DNA from: Saprospiraceae bacterium
GTDB taxonomy: Bacteria > Bacteroidota > Bacteroidia > Chitinophagales > Saprospiraceae
Reading direction: 5' to 3'
Assembly (NCBI GenBank): GCA_020629475.1
Contig: JAHDDF010000002.1
Span: 2,536-40,846 of the forward strand
Length of the DNA: 38,311 bases
How positions within the stretch are numbered: position 1 is the first letter of the stretch; every line of letters begins with the position of its first letter. Shown here piece after piece: positions 14,027-24,600 of this stretch. Under the pieces are notes generated by a model that saw only the letters and a list, made by a program, of their open reading frames with translations, did no database searches and was not told where the DNA came from. Both the position numbers and the translations under genes were made by a program.

Positions 14027-17000
14027 TTGAGTCAGGAAATACGTAAACAATTCAATGAGTCCTTCACGGAGGAACTCAAGAACCTGAACCCGAGTCAGGC
14101 AAAAGCGGTCAACACCATTGAAGGTCCCGTACTGGTTATTGCCGGTCCGGGAACGGGTAAGACGCATATCCTATCCGCCCGTATCGGAAAAATCCTACAG
14201 GAAACCGATGCTCTTCCCCATAATATCCTTTGTCTCACCTTTACGGATGCCGGCGTTCTTGCCATGCGGGAACGCTTGCAAGAGTTTATCGGCCCGGAGG
14301 CGCATAAGGTACATATTAACACCTTCCACTCTTTCTGCAACTTGGTCATCCAAGAAAACATGGAACTCTTCGGGCGCTATGACTTGGAGCCCATCTCGGA
14401 TTTGGAACGGATAGACGTTATCCGGGAAATGATTGATGAGCAGCCGGAGGATAATATCCTCAAGAAAGGTAGATGGGATATTTACTTCTACGAACAGCAC
14501 CTCAAGAACTTGTTCAAGCAAATGAAATCCGAGTATTGGACTTCGGAATTCATCAATGAGCAAATCAACGATTTTATACAAAGCATCCCCCACAGGGAGG
14601 AATATATCTATAAGCGGAAGTACAAGAATTTCAAGAAGGGCGACCTAAAAACCGCCCGGGTAGACGAGATTACGGAGCGCATGGAAAAACTACGTGCCGC
14701 CGCTATTCTTTTCCCCTTGTACAAGGAAAAAATGCAGGCGCGTGGCCGCTATGATTACGAGGACATGATCCTTTGGGTCCTAGAGGCATTTAACAACAAC
14801 AAAGCACTCCTTCGTCGTTACCAAGAACAATACCTCTACTTCCTCATTGATGAGTATCAAGATACCAACGGCGCACAGAACGCCATACTTGGGAAATTGA
14901 TGGAATATTGGGCTAAGCCCAATGTCTTCGTAGTGGGTGATGATGACCAATCCATCTTCGAGTTCCAAGGAGCGCGCTTGAAGAATATCATGGATTTCTA
15001 CAAGAATCACTTGCCTGCCGTGCAGTTGGTGATGTTGAAGGAAAACTACCGTTCTTCACAAAACATCCTTGATGCCTCTAAGGCGGTTATTGATAAAAAC
15101 GAGGAGCGGATTACGCGCACCATTGAAGGTTTGGATAAGCACCTCGTTGCAAGGAACGATGATTTTGCGGCATCCAATATCCGTGCGAAAATCATCGAGT
15201 ATCCCAATAAGATGCACGAGGATGCCGCTATCGCCAATCAAATCGAAAGGCTCTATAAAGAAGGTTTTCCCTTAAACGAGGTTGCCGTTATCTACGCCAA
15301 GCACAAGCAGGCAAGGACGGTAATTTCCCTTTTGGATAAAAAACGGATCCCCTACACCACAAAGCGTAGGGTAAACATCCTTGACCTTCCCATAATCCAA
15401 AACATGAGGACTTTCTTGGAGTACCTCTATTTGGAATACAAAAATCCCAATAGCGGTGAGGAATTACTATTCCGTATCCTGCATTTCAACTTCCTTGGGA
15501 TTTCAACGGGCGACTTGGCAAAAATCAGCACCTTTCAAGCCAAGGCGAAATACGAAACCAAGGCTGCTTGGCGTGATCTTCTTTCGGATAATGAAACGCT
15601 CTCTACACTAAAACTCAGGAACAAGGAAGGCATCCTTGATTTCGCGGAATTGATTGATCAATTCCTAGGGGATTTTTCCAATTTGAGGATTCTGACCTTC
15701 TTGGAAAAACTCATTAACCGCAGTGGCCTTTTACGATACATCTTGGATCATGAGGACTCCGCTTGGTTGCTTCAAATCATCGGGACTTTCTTCGATTTCG
15801 TTCGGCGTGAAGCCGATAAAAACCCGCGTCTTTCACTAAAACGCCTGTTGGACATCCTTGAAAACATGGATGCCAACCGCCTTGCCATCGGGGTTAATAA
15901 AACCATTACCGCCGAAAACGGGGTAAACTTACTCACGGCGCACGGCGCCAAAGGCTTGGAATTCCAAGTGGTTTTCATGCTCGATTGCGGAAAGGATTGG
16001 GAGCCCGGCGGACGAGGATACAGGGGTAGCTTCTCCTTACCGGATACCTTGACCCTTTCTACGGAAACGGATGAGCTGGAATCACGCCGGCGATTGTTCT
16101 ACGTGGCAATGACACGTGCCAAGGAGCAATTGAATATCAGTTTCGCCAAGGCGGACAACTCCGGTAGCCAACTTCAAAAAACGCAGTTCATCGATGAGAT
16201 TCTAGAGCAGGAAAAACTCCGGATCCAAGTAGAGAAACGGGTACTTCCCAAGGAGGAACTCATTGCGGTAAACGCGCTTCTCCTAACGGAACTCCAATCA
16301 CCGGGCATCATGGCACCTAACGAGGCGGAAGTTGCCGCACTCCTAGAGAATTTCTCCTTGAGTGTATCCGCCATGAACCGCTATATGAACTGCCCCTTGA
16401 GTTTCTATTACGAAAACGTACTGCGGATTCCTTCCGTTCCTAGCGAGGCGGCTTCCTACGGTACCGCCATGCACAATGCGCTTCAGCGATTCTTTAACCG
16501 GATGCTTGCTGATCCTGCCAAGAAGTTCCCGCCCTTGGAGGATTTGGTCATGTTGTTCGAAACGGACATCAAGCGCCGCAAGCATTACTTCTCCAAGAAG
16601 GGCTTTACCCGTCGCTTAAGGATGGGAAAAAGGGTATTGACCAAGTATTACGAAAGCCGGATTTCCACTTGGGAAAAATCGGTTATTCCGGAGCTGGACG
16701 TAAGGAATGTTGAGGTCCGTGGTGTACCGCTCAAAGGAACCTTGGATAAACTGATCCTTAGGGGAGATAATGAAACGCATATCTTGGACTACAAGACAGG
16801 TAGCCTTGATGATAAAAAGATGAAGCGTCCCAAGCATGCCGATGACCTCGGTGGTTTGTATTGGCGACAGCTATTCTTCTACAAGGTTTTGTATGATGGT
16901 TACCGTAGCTCCGACAGGAAGGCGACCTCAGGGGAAATCGCGTATTTGGAAACGGATTCCAAGGGGACTTTCCCTTCCAAAACCGTTGTTTTTGACGATG

Positions 17001-17170
17001 AAGGCGTCCGCATGATCAGCGATATGATTGAGGATACGCACAAGTCCATCATGGAGCAGGATTTCTACAAAGGCTGCGGAAAACCTACTTGTAAATGGTG
17101 CAATTTCGTAAAACGGAACATCATGCCCGATACCTTTACCGACGAGGAAGCGGAGGATTTGGATGATTAA
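14027..17170 (+). CDS. UvrD/PcrA-family SF1 helicase fused to a C-terminal Cas4/AddB-type PD-(D/E)XK nuclease with a 4-Cys cluster
   Basis: 1047 aa with a TTG start. Helicase motifs are AGPGTGKT (Walker A), FLIDEYQDTN (II), VGDDDQSIFEFQGA (III), LLTAHGAKGLEFQVVFM (V) and RRLFYVAMTRAKEQL (VI). Nuclease motifs are NCPLSFYY (Cys 1), GTAMHNALQ, GTLDKL...ILDYKTG (D...D-Y-K), QLFFYKVLY (QxxxY) and CGKPTCKWC (Cys 2-4). Confidence 0.9.
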   Translation: MSQEIRKQFNESFTEELKNLNPSQAKAVNTIEGPVLVIAGPGTGKTHILSARIGKILQETDALPHNILCLTFTDAGVLAMRERLQEFIGPEAHKVHINTFHSFCNLVIQENMELFGRYDLEPISDLERIDVIREMIDEQPEDNILKKGRWDIYFYEQHLKNLFKQMKSEYWTSEFINEQINDFIQSIPHREEYIYKRKYKNFKKGDLKTARVDEITERMEKLRAAAILFPLYKEKMQARGRYDYEDMILWVLEAFNNNKALLRRYQEQYLYFLIDEYQDTNGAQNAILGKLMEYWAKPNVFVVGDDDQSIFEFQGARLKNIMDFYKNHLPAVQLVMLKENYRSSQNILDASKAVIDKNEERITRTIEGLDKHLVARNDDFAASNIRAKIIEYPNKMHEDAAIANQIERLYKEGFPLNEVAVIYAKHKQARTVISLLDKKRIPYTTKRRVNILDLPIIQNMRTFLEYLYLEYKNPNSGEELLFRILHFNFLGISTGDLAKISTFQAKAKYETKAAWRDLLSDNETLSTLKLRNKEGILDFAELIDQFLGDFSNLRILTFLEKLINRSGLLRYILDHEDSAWLLQIIGTFFDFVRREADKNPRLSLKRLLDILENMDANRLAIGVNKTITAENGVNLLTAHGAKGLEFQVVFMLDCGKDWEPGGRGYRGSFSLPDTLTLSTETDELESRRRLFYVAMTRAKEQLNISFAKADNSGSQLQKTQFIDEILEQEKLRIQVEKRVLPKEELIAVNALLLTELQSPGIMAPNEAEVAALLENFSLSVSAMNRYMNCPLSFYYENVLRIPSVPSEAASYGTAMHNALQRFFNRMLADPAKKFPPLEDLVMLFETDIKRRKHYFSKKGFTRRLRMGKRVLTKYYESRISTWEKSVIPELDVRNVEVRGVPLKGTLDKLILRGDNETHILDYKTGSLDDKKMKRPKHADDLGGLYWRQLFFYKVLYDGYRSSDRKATSGEIAYLETDSKGTFPSKTVVFDDEGVRMISDMIEDTHKSIMEQDFYKGCGKPTCKWCNFVKRNIMPDTFTDEEAEDLDD

Positions 17171-18458
17171 CCCTCTTGGTATCCTTTGCGGATAATATCC
17201 GATTCCCTACCGCGCAATTCAGGCATTTGAATTCATTGCAATAATGCTTTTTTAAATGAAGTAGTGCTTGGGATTGTCCGGCATCAACGGGCTTTACGCC
17301 CAATTCCTTCCAAATCCTTAGTATTTGGTTATCCTCCGCTTGAAGCTCCCGTAAAAAACCGATAGCGCGTTCCTTCATGCCTTCATCCTTCAGGTACATT
17401 CCTTGCCAGAATAACATGGGCACTACCGAATTGATAATAATGAGTTCCTTGGTGGATTCCCCTAGTTTTTTATCCGTTATCAAGCCCACCGGGCTATCAA
17501 ATAAATATCTGTTTTGCCAATACTCAGAGACGGCACAGGAAAATATCTCCTTTAACTCTTTTGTTCCTAAGGCACCGGATGCCCTATCCCATAAATGATC
17601 CTCTCCTTGAAGCAATCCCGCGAATTGGGAAATCCTTATCGTAGGAAAATTGGCAGGTCGTAGGCGAAGTTTTTTCCAAGAGGAACCTTCCATGGATTGT
17701 AATCCGTATTTCTTTTTCAAGAAGGAATATTCTTGGGAAAGAAGCCTCGTGTATTCATCTTTTGGTTCCTCGGGAATCAGGTTGGCTTGCCCAAAAAGGA
17801 GTGCTTCAATCGAGGAACGTTTGTCCTTATTTTTTCGGATGATATTCAAGGGAAGAATCCTTGCCAAATGTTCAAAGGGGCGGTAATTCACCCGCATCCC
17901 GAAATTGCAGGCAAGGAGTCTATAAAATACTTCTTCCTTGTCGTTATTACATTCCTTCATTAAGGCGGCAATGGGCTTTGCCTTCATTTCCAAGCGCTCG
18001 GCAATCATTCTTTCCAACCAAAGATTCCACGTAAACGCAGGCACCTCCAAATGTGGTCCCTCGCAGGGAATCCGCTTTTCCTCATGCAGGAAACGGAGGT
18101 ACTTATTTTGCAAGCCCCTAGGGATACGCCCTTTCAATTCCAAGCAAGGCAAGCGTTCACCGGTATTACGGGTTACAGGTACGTCTTCTTCGAAAACCAC
18201 GTGGAGAATCACGTTATCATAGGCTTTATCACGGTCGTGCCGATGCTGGTACCAATCGGATGCCTTTACGTGCATTTCCACGTTTCCTGCCCATTCCGTT
18301 TCACCAATTTTTAGTCGGGCTTCTTGAAAATCCGGTCCCGCATCGCGGTGGAACAAACCAAAATCCTTAATCATTATTTCTTGTCCTACGGTAGTCTTCA
18401 GGTTCTTCATCCCGAATTTTTTCATCCGCCAGACGTAGTGTAAAAAATCTTCCTTCAT
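17136..18458 (-). CDS. DUF2851-family protein (function unknown)
   Basis: I start the gene at the ATG at 18458 (MKEDFLHYVWRMKKF, the N-terminus I associate with DUF2851). The track extension to 18569 would run through the sprA terminator. Conserved-looking blocks are GNVEMHVKASDWYQHRHDRDKAYDNVILHVV and the C-terminal HYCNEFKCLNCAVG. The 3' end overlaps the convergent helicase gene by 35 nt. Confidence 0.78.
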   Translation of the reverse strand: MKEDFLHYVWRMKKFGMKNLKTTVGQEIMIKDFGLFHRDAGPDFQEARLKIGETEWAGNVEMHVKASDWYQHRHDRDKAYDNVILHVVFEEDVPVTRNTGERLPCLELKGRIPRGLQNKYLRFLHEEKRIPCEGPHLEVPAFTWNLWLERMIAERLEMKAKPIAALMKECNNDKEEVFYRLLACNFGMRVNYRPFEHLARILPLNIIRKNKDKRSSIEALLFGQANLIPEEPKDEYTRLLSQEYSFLKKKYGLQSMEGSSWKKLRLRPANFPTIRISQFAGLLQGEDHLWDRASGALGTKELKEIFSCAVSEYWQNRYLFDSPVGLITDKKLGESTKELIIINSVVPMLFWQGMYLKDEGMKERAIGFLRELQAEDNQILRIWKELGVKPVDAGQSQALLHLKKHYCNEFKCLNCAVGNRILSAKDTKRVNHPNPPLPRR

Positions 18459-18546
18459 CTTATTGTTTTTGGAATTCTTCCCCTCGAAAAGAAAGGTCGA
18501 TATCCTTACAGATGAAAAAATCTTAAAATGTGAGTCCTTGCCACAC

Positions 18547-18583
18547 AAAAAAATCCCTCCCCGAAGCATTTCGAGGAGGGATT
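18547..18583 (-). terminator. Rho-independent terminator of sprA
   Basis: The reverse-strand RNA reads AAUCCCUCC-UCGAA-AUGC-UUCGG-GGAGGGAUU followed by seven U. The stem is 14 bp with one G-U pair. It begins about 20 nt after the sprA stop at 18603. Confidence 0.8.
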
Positions 18584-18602
18584 CCTATTGGCGTAAAGCC
18601 TC

Positions 18603-21600
18603 TTAATTCAAGGAGAATCGAATATTCAGACCCGCCCTTGTATTGGTAATCGGGAATGATGCCGATGTGGCAGGAATCGTTCTCGTATAGTCATAGAACA
18701 AGCGAAGGTTCAACTGCTTGTTGATTTGATAATCAATAGACGGGGAGATACGGATGGTTTTCATACCACGCGTCGGAACGGAAACTTCTTGGTCCAACAA
18801 GTGGTTCACCGTTAAGTCATCCCTCCAAGAGAAATCGAACTTAAAGTTCATGTCATTTCCTGCTTGATCCTTGGATGTTCCACCGCCGTCATCCTTGTCG
18901 TCCTTCTTCTTCTTTTTCTTGCCTTTCTTACCCACGTTGGAGAAATCCAAGAAAGGAATATAGATGTTCTTCAAGCGATATCCCATACCTACGATAAACT
19001 CCTGTGAACGGGACTCACTCAATTGGTAATCCGTGAAGTTCATGGATAGGTTCCTGGATTTTTTCCAATCCACCTTGGCGGTAAGATCATTCTTGAAGCG
19101 CATGTCAATACCGATAAGCGGTGCCATTTGCTCGGAAATTACCAAGTTCGGAATCTCGAACTCGGAGAAGTAGTTCTCCGTTTGATCATTCCTTGTGAGC
19201 GGTGCGTTCGGATCAAAATCCAAATCGGTATTAAAGCTATTGATGTTCAATCCTGACTTATAGGAGTGCTGGATATTCACGGAAGCGAAAATCTTGCTAA
19301 AGGCAGGAATCTTAGCCAAGCCGTTATAGGACAATCTCCAATTCGGAAGCGGGATGGTCTTAAATACATCCAAGCCAATGGAGTTCGCGCTCTTACCGTT
19401 ATACGCCGCCAAGAAAGCAGGTACAAGTACCTCTACTTGGTAACGACCGTATCCCTCGTAATAATCCCCGAATTGACCATCTACTTCGTGAACCGCAAGG
19501 TTTCCGTCTTGTGCCGCTAAGCGTTGGGAAATGATCTCACGGTTGTCCTCGAATTGCTCGAAGAGGCTGAAGTAGTCTTGCTCAAAGAAAGTTCCTAGAT
19601 TAAAGTAGGATACTTGGAAGGAACCGATTTTCTGCTCCGCTAAATAATCAAATGGATCCGTTACGTCGGTCTTCTTGAAATAAGCGGAAGTATTCGTTTG
19701 CTTACGGCGATCCGCCTCGATATCAATCTTGAAATCACGGAACGGTTCAATCGTCAACTTGGCGTTGATATCCTGGCTATAGGTATTCAACACCTGCTGG
19801 TTGAGGTAAACGGATTCCGTAATCCAACTTTGGTTCTCAAATAACCAATCACGATCCGGTTGTCTTAAACCGAAGACGTAATCCCAGCCCGGAGCGCTCC
19901 AAGAATCATCCATACCCAAAATGCGGTGTGTCGGGTTGAAGCCCGGAACGATACTCGTGAATTGCTCATTATAGGTAAATCTCGCCTTTCGGATCATCAT
20001 AAGCGGACGAAGCGTCGCCTTGGCGATTGCCGAAGGTTCCCCGTCCTTCTTGTCCTTGTCTTTTCCGTCTTTCTTGTCCTCATCCTTTTTAGGTGGAGTT
20101 TTCCCTCCTCCCCTTGGATTATTGTTCAAGCCACGTCCGCCTCTATTGGAAGCTTTCCCGTTGATCTTCTTCAGGAAGTTGGACTTATTATACAAGGTAA
20201 CAAAGTTCAATTCCCCGTTGAGCTGGCGGGTTTGTCCGTTACGGATGATATTACCTAAGCCGATACCGTCCTGACCGATGGCATTCAAGGATGCGGCTTC
20301 CCAAGCAAAATCAGCGCCGTATTGTGCCTTGACCGTAATAAAGTCAAGGAAAGGGAATTGCTTGAACGGAACATTATAGGACAAGGTCATATTATGACGA
20401 TAATCCCTGTTACGTCCCCAATTCCGGATATTGGTCCAAACGGAATCCTTCTCGATTTCGGTATCAATCAAGCCCGGTGGCTCATCGATAATCGTATTAT
20501 TGATTGCATTGAAATTAAAGCGGATTGCCTTGGACAAGTCCCATTTCAAATCGTAGGAGCGATCCCAGTAGAACTGCTTGTTGAACCAAGTGCTTTGACT
20601 TGGATCGGAGAAGCGGTAAGTGGTCTGTTGGATTTGGCGCTGCATCTTCGTGCTGAAACCAAATCCGTTAGGATAAGGGTTGAAGTTGAAATCCGTTAGG
20701 AATTTCAAGTACTTCTTCGGTCCTTCCTTTTTCACCAAGTTCTGGAAAGGCTTGATGTATTTTACCTTACGGGAATAGTTGTAATCGATGATACCTTGAT
20801 GATCCTTGATTTGATCATTTTGGATAATCGGTGTACGACGTTTTGTTTCCGAATAGGCGTAAGTCACACTAAAGTTGGAAACGTCCCAAGGTTTGGGTTC
20901 CTTCTTGTTCGTCCTTTCCTTCCTGACATTAGTAAGGTTGATGGATTTAATTTCCGTTACGTCCTGCGCTTGCTGTTTCAGGGAATCCCGGGTTTCGGCA
21001 TCGGGTGCCGCCCTGACCTTATCCTTCAAATTGATATCGAGATCATAAGGATCAAATTCCGGATTCTTGATCGTATTGGAATACTGCGCGTAGAACGGAA
21101 TCTTCACGCCTGATTTTTCAGGAAGGAATTTTCCTAGTTCCAAGCTCGTCGCAAAATCGTATTGGATAACTTCCTCACGGGAACGTTGCGCTAATTTTTG
21201 CTCCAAGCCACCGAAACCGATACTGGTATAATTGGTGGAAGCATTAAAGGTACCGAAGTCCGCCATTTGGACATCCAAACGGGCAAGGGCACCCCAGCCA
21301 CCACGCTCATCAAAGCCACTCAAGCGAAGCTCGTTCACCCAAATCTCGGCACATTTAGGAAGACCGTCGTCCTCGGTATTACGTATACCGATCATGATAC
21401 TCTTCACCAAACCAAGGTTCGGATTACCGATTACACCAATTGTAGCGTTCGGGTTTTCCGGATCGGTAATGGTATAAAGGAAATTCAATGCGGCATTGGC
21501 ATTATTCCTTTCAATTTTTGCTTCCTGTAATAACTCGAGATTAATGTCCGGTCTATTCGCTTCGGGCCAAACGGCTTCCCGGTATTCATCCTCATTATCC

Positions 21601-24600
21601 GGATCAATGAGTCCCGTCGTCATCGTTAGCGGAATCTCGTACTCGTAGTAGTTCTTCTCGAAGTCGGAACCGATACGCATGAACATGGTCAGTTCACCGG
21701 GGTCTATATCTTCATCCGATTCCGCGTGGACAAACATTTGGAGCCGCTTAAAGAGACGGATATCCAAATTCAGGTTCTTATACGCACCCCGGGCATCGCC
21801 GTCCTTGAGGTTACATATATTGATTGCCATGGATTGCTCATTCTGCAAGGCATTGGCAAAAGGAGAACCGATTTGCTGTTCACGCTGTACGCCCGGAGGC
21901 AATACGTAGTTATAAGGTTGCTTACCGGAGTTTTCCTCCAAGTTCACCTCGTTTACATCAAAGATGGTTTCATCACCCTCATCGCCCACGGTTCCGATAC
22001 CGGCTTCCGCCAAGGAGCGGCGGTATCTTCTCCATTGGTTACGCACCAATTCAAAACGCGCGAAACGCATGGTTACCGGCGTACTGAAATTATTCATGTA
22101 CATACGGATGAAACGGATGGAACGGAAATCTTGAATACCTCCCACCTTGGAAGTGTATTGCAATACCGGAACCTTGAAACGATACCATACGGAACCATTA
22201 TCCGTTTCCGTGGATTCCACGATAAACTCGTTCAACTCGATACCTCTTCCGGAAGCATCACGCTTAATGGGAATCTTGTATTGGAAATAAGATTCCGTTT
22301 CGTTCAAGGTATTATCCTGATTGATATCCTCCGTGTCCGGTAAGTTGGTTGCGGAGTTCACCTCATTGGTGGAAGTCCTTGAGTTTCCTTCCGGGTTATT
22401 GAAATCGCGGTAACGCGTAAATACGTCATCGTTTTCATCAAAGGAATCATCATTGTAATAGACGAAGTTATCATTGGAAACATCATCCAAGATTTCCGTC
22501 TTGATACTTCCCGGCAAGGAAGAAGCGTTGATGGCATTTACGTAGTCGGAGTAAAGGTTTTGCTCCCCTTCATCATTTACACCATCGTATCCTACGTCCT
22601 GTGCTTCACGGATGCCCGGGTCATTATCGAAGGCACGGGTAATAGCGGATACCCTTGGAATCCTTGACCAAGAGGTAGTATCCATACGGATATCCTGATC
22701 CGGTCCGGGAAGACCGTTCTCAAAAATCAAACGGGAGTCACGGAGTACATCCTCGGAAATATTACCTAGGTTCAAGTATAGATCACCATCGGAAGTCAAG
22801 GAGGTAGCTCCCCCGATTTCTTCCTCAAGGAAGGGGCTCAACATCCAGAACTCAACGAACTCGACGTTAGCCGCCTCAAAGTCGTTGGTGTTAAGTGGTC
22901 GTTGAATACCCGCCCAACGAGTTTCAGGTTGAAGCAGGGAACCGTCGGCATCATTCAAACCTGCGGAGTACGCCGTTCCGTCAGGTAAATCGAAGTTATA
23001 AGGTCCACGCTCATCCGGATAATACGCTAAGTCTAAGGTTCTGATAAGGTTACTTACTCCCGTGGTTACATCCAAGGAGAACTCAGGGAAGATATCATTG
23101 ATAAATACCCTTTGTGTGTAGTAATCATTACCGGTGGAGGTATTTACACCCGTCTGGTCAATTTGGTACCAAAGCAATTTCGCACGATTCACACCGGTCA
23201 AGGTGGTATCAATGAAAGCGGATTCCGGGAATAGCGGATTATTGCCTCCTAAATCGTTTTGCGGAATGGAAGCCAAAGTCCAAGAGTTCGCCGGAATTCT
23301 AAGATCAAAGGAAGATGTACTACCCTCGAAATCGTCGATATAAACGACTCCCTCGTCCTGTTGGGAAATGGCGTTTGAGTGTCCCGGATCCAAGTATGCC
23401 GCTTCCGCGGTAAAGGAAACCGAAGACGGCGCCTTGGTTTGTATCAAAGGAAGTGCATCCACGGCTCTCGTCAGCCAAGGAGCTTCCTTGGTGAAGGTTA
23501 AATCACCACCGTAAATGTTATTGTTAATCGGGTCATCCCCGATGTTTACCTTTTGCGTAAAGGGTCGTTCAAAGAGTTTCATAAAGGTACCCCCGACATT
23601 AAAGTCCTCGCTGATTTTATAATCCGCCCGGACCCCGAGCAAGGTCTTGGTTTGGAACCCGAATAAGGTATTATCCTCAAAGGAGACATTTACCGGCAAA
23701 CCGGAATTCATGATTGCCTCGTTCAAGATTTTTACACGACCGATATTGTAATCCACGGTATAATCCGTACCCTCTTGCAGGGTTTGACCACCTGCTCTTA
23801 CGGTAACGGAACCTCTTGGGATATTAAACGCACCCAAGGAGATTTCGGAGGAAACGGAGGAGCGGTAATTACCACGGATGGTAAAACGGTTAAACTCCGG
23901 ATATTCCCTTGCGATGGTTACCGTGGAATCATACAATTGTTGGTAAGAGAATAATTCAGCTTCCGCGATTACGCCCGGATCCGTCGGGTTCGGGTTAGCC
24001 GCAATAATTGCCTCTTGTAGATTGGAACCAAAAGGCTCAAGAACCGGGAACATGACTCTACCGTTCCTTGAATTAATCGTTAGGCCTTCGACGAAATCGA
24101 ACCGCCCATCCGGTTGCGGATCATTATTCTGGTTTAGATTATCCAAGTTAAATACTTGAAGAAGCGGCGTGGAAGCCAAGGCGGTTGAAGGCAAGAAACG
24201 CTTCTCCCCTCCTCCCGGATCTTCATAAAAGATATCAAGCAAGAAATCCTCACGGCTTACTTGGAAAGCACCTAAGGAATAAACGTTTTTCATCATCAAG
24301 TCCCAAAGCGGGATATCCACACGCGGAGTGGTGGATTTCAACATCTTCACGTACATCACGTTCAAGGTGTCGGAACCTGCGGGAATATCATTGGAGAATT
24401 CCCCTACGCGGTGTACTTCGCCATTATAGGTATACTCGTATGCCACACCTAGAACGTCCTCCGGTTGGAGGGTTAGGTTCAAGGAAATGAAACCGAGTTC
24501 AGGGTCGAAGGTATATTCATTGGGCTGGAGCAAACGTGCCTTCAATTTCTCGAAATCACGGGCTTGCTGCATGCCGTATAGTCCTTGTAATTGTGCCACG

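Noticed and set aside
21726-22343. 205-aa plus-strand ORF, along with many other 60-140-aa plus-strand ORFs between 19266 and 25959
   Set aside because: All lie fully inside and antisense to sprA. Their composition is low-complexity or Arg/Leu/Ser-rich, as is typical of antisense frames. No motifs were recognised.
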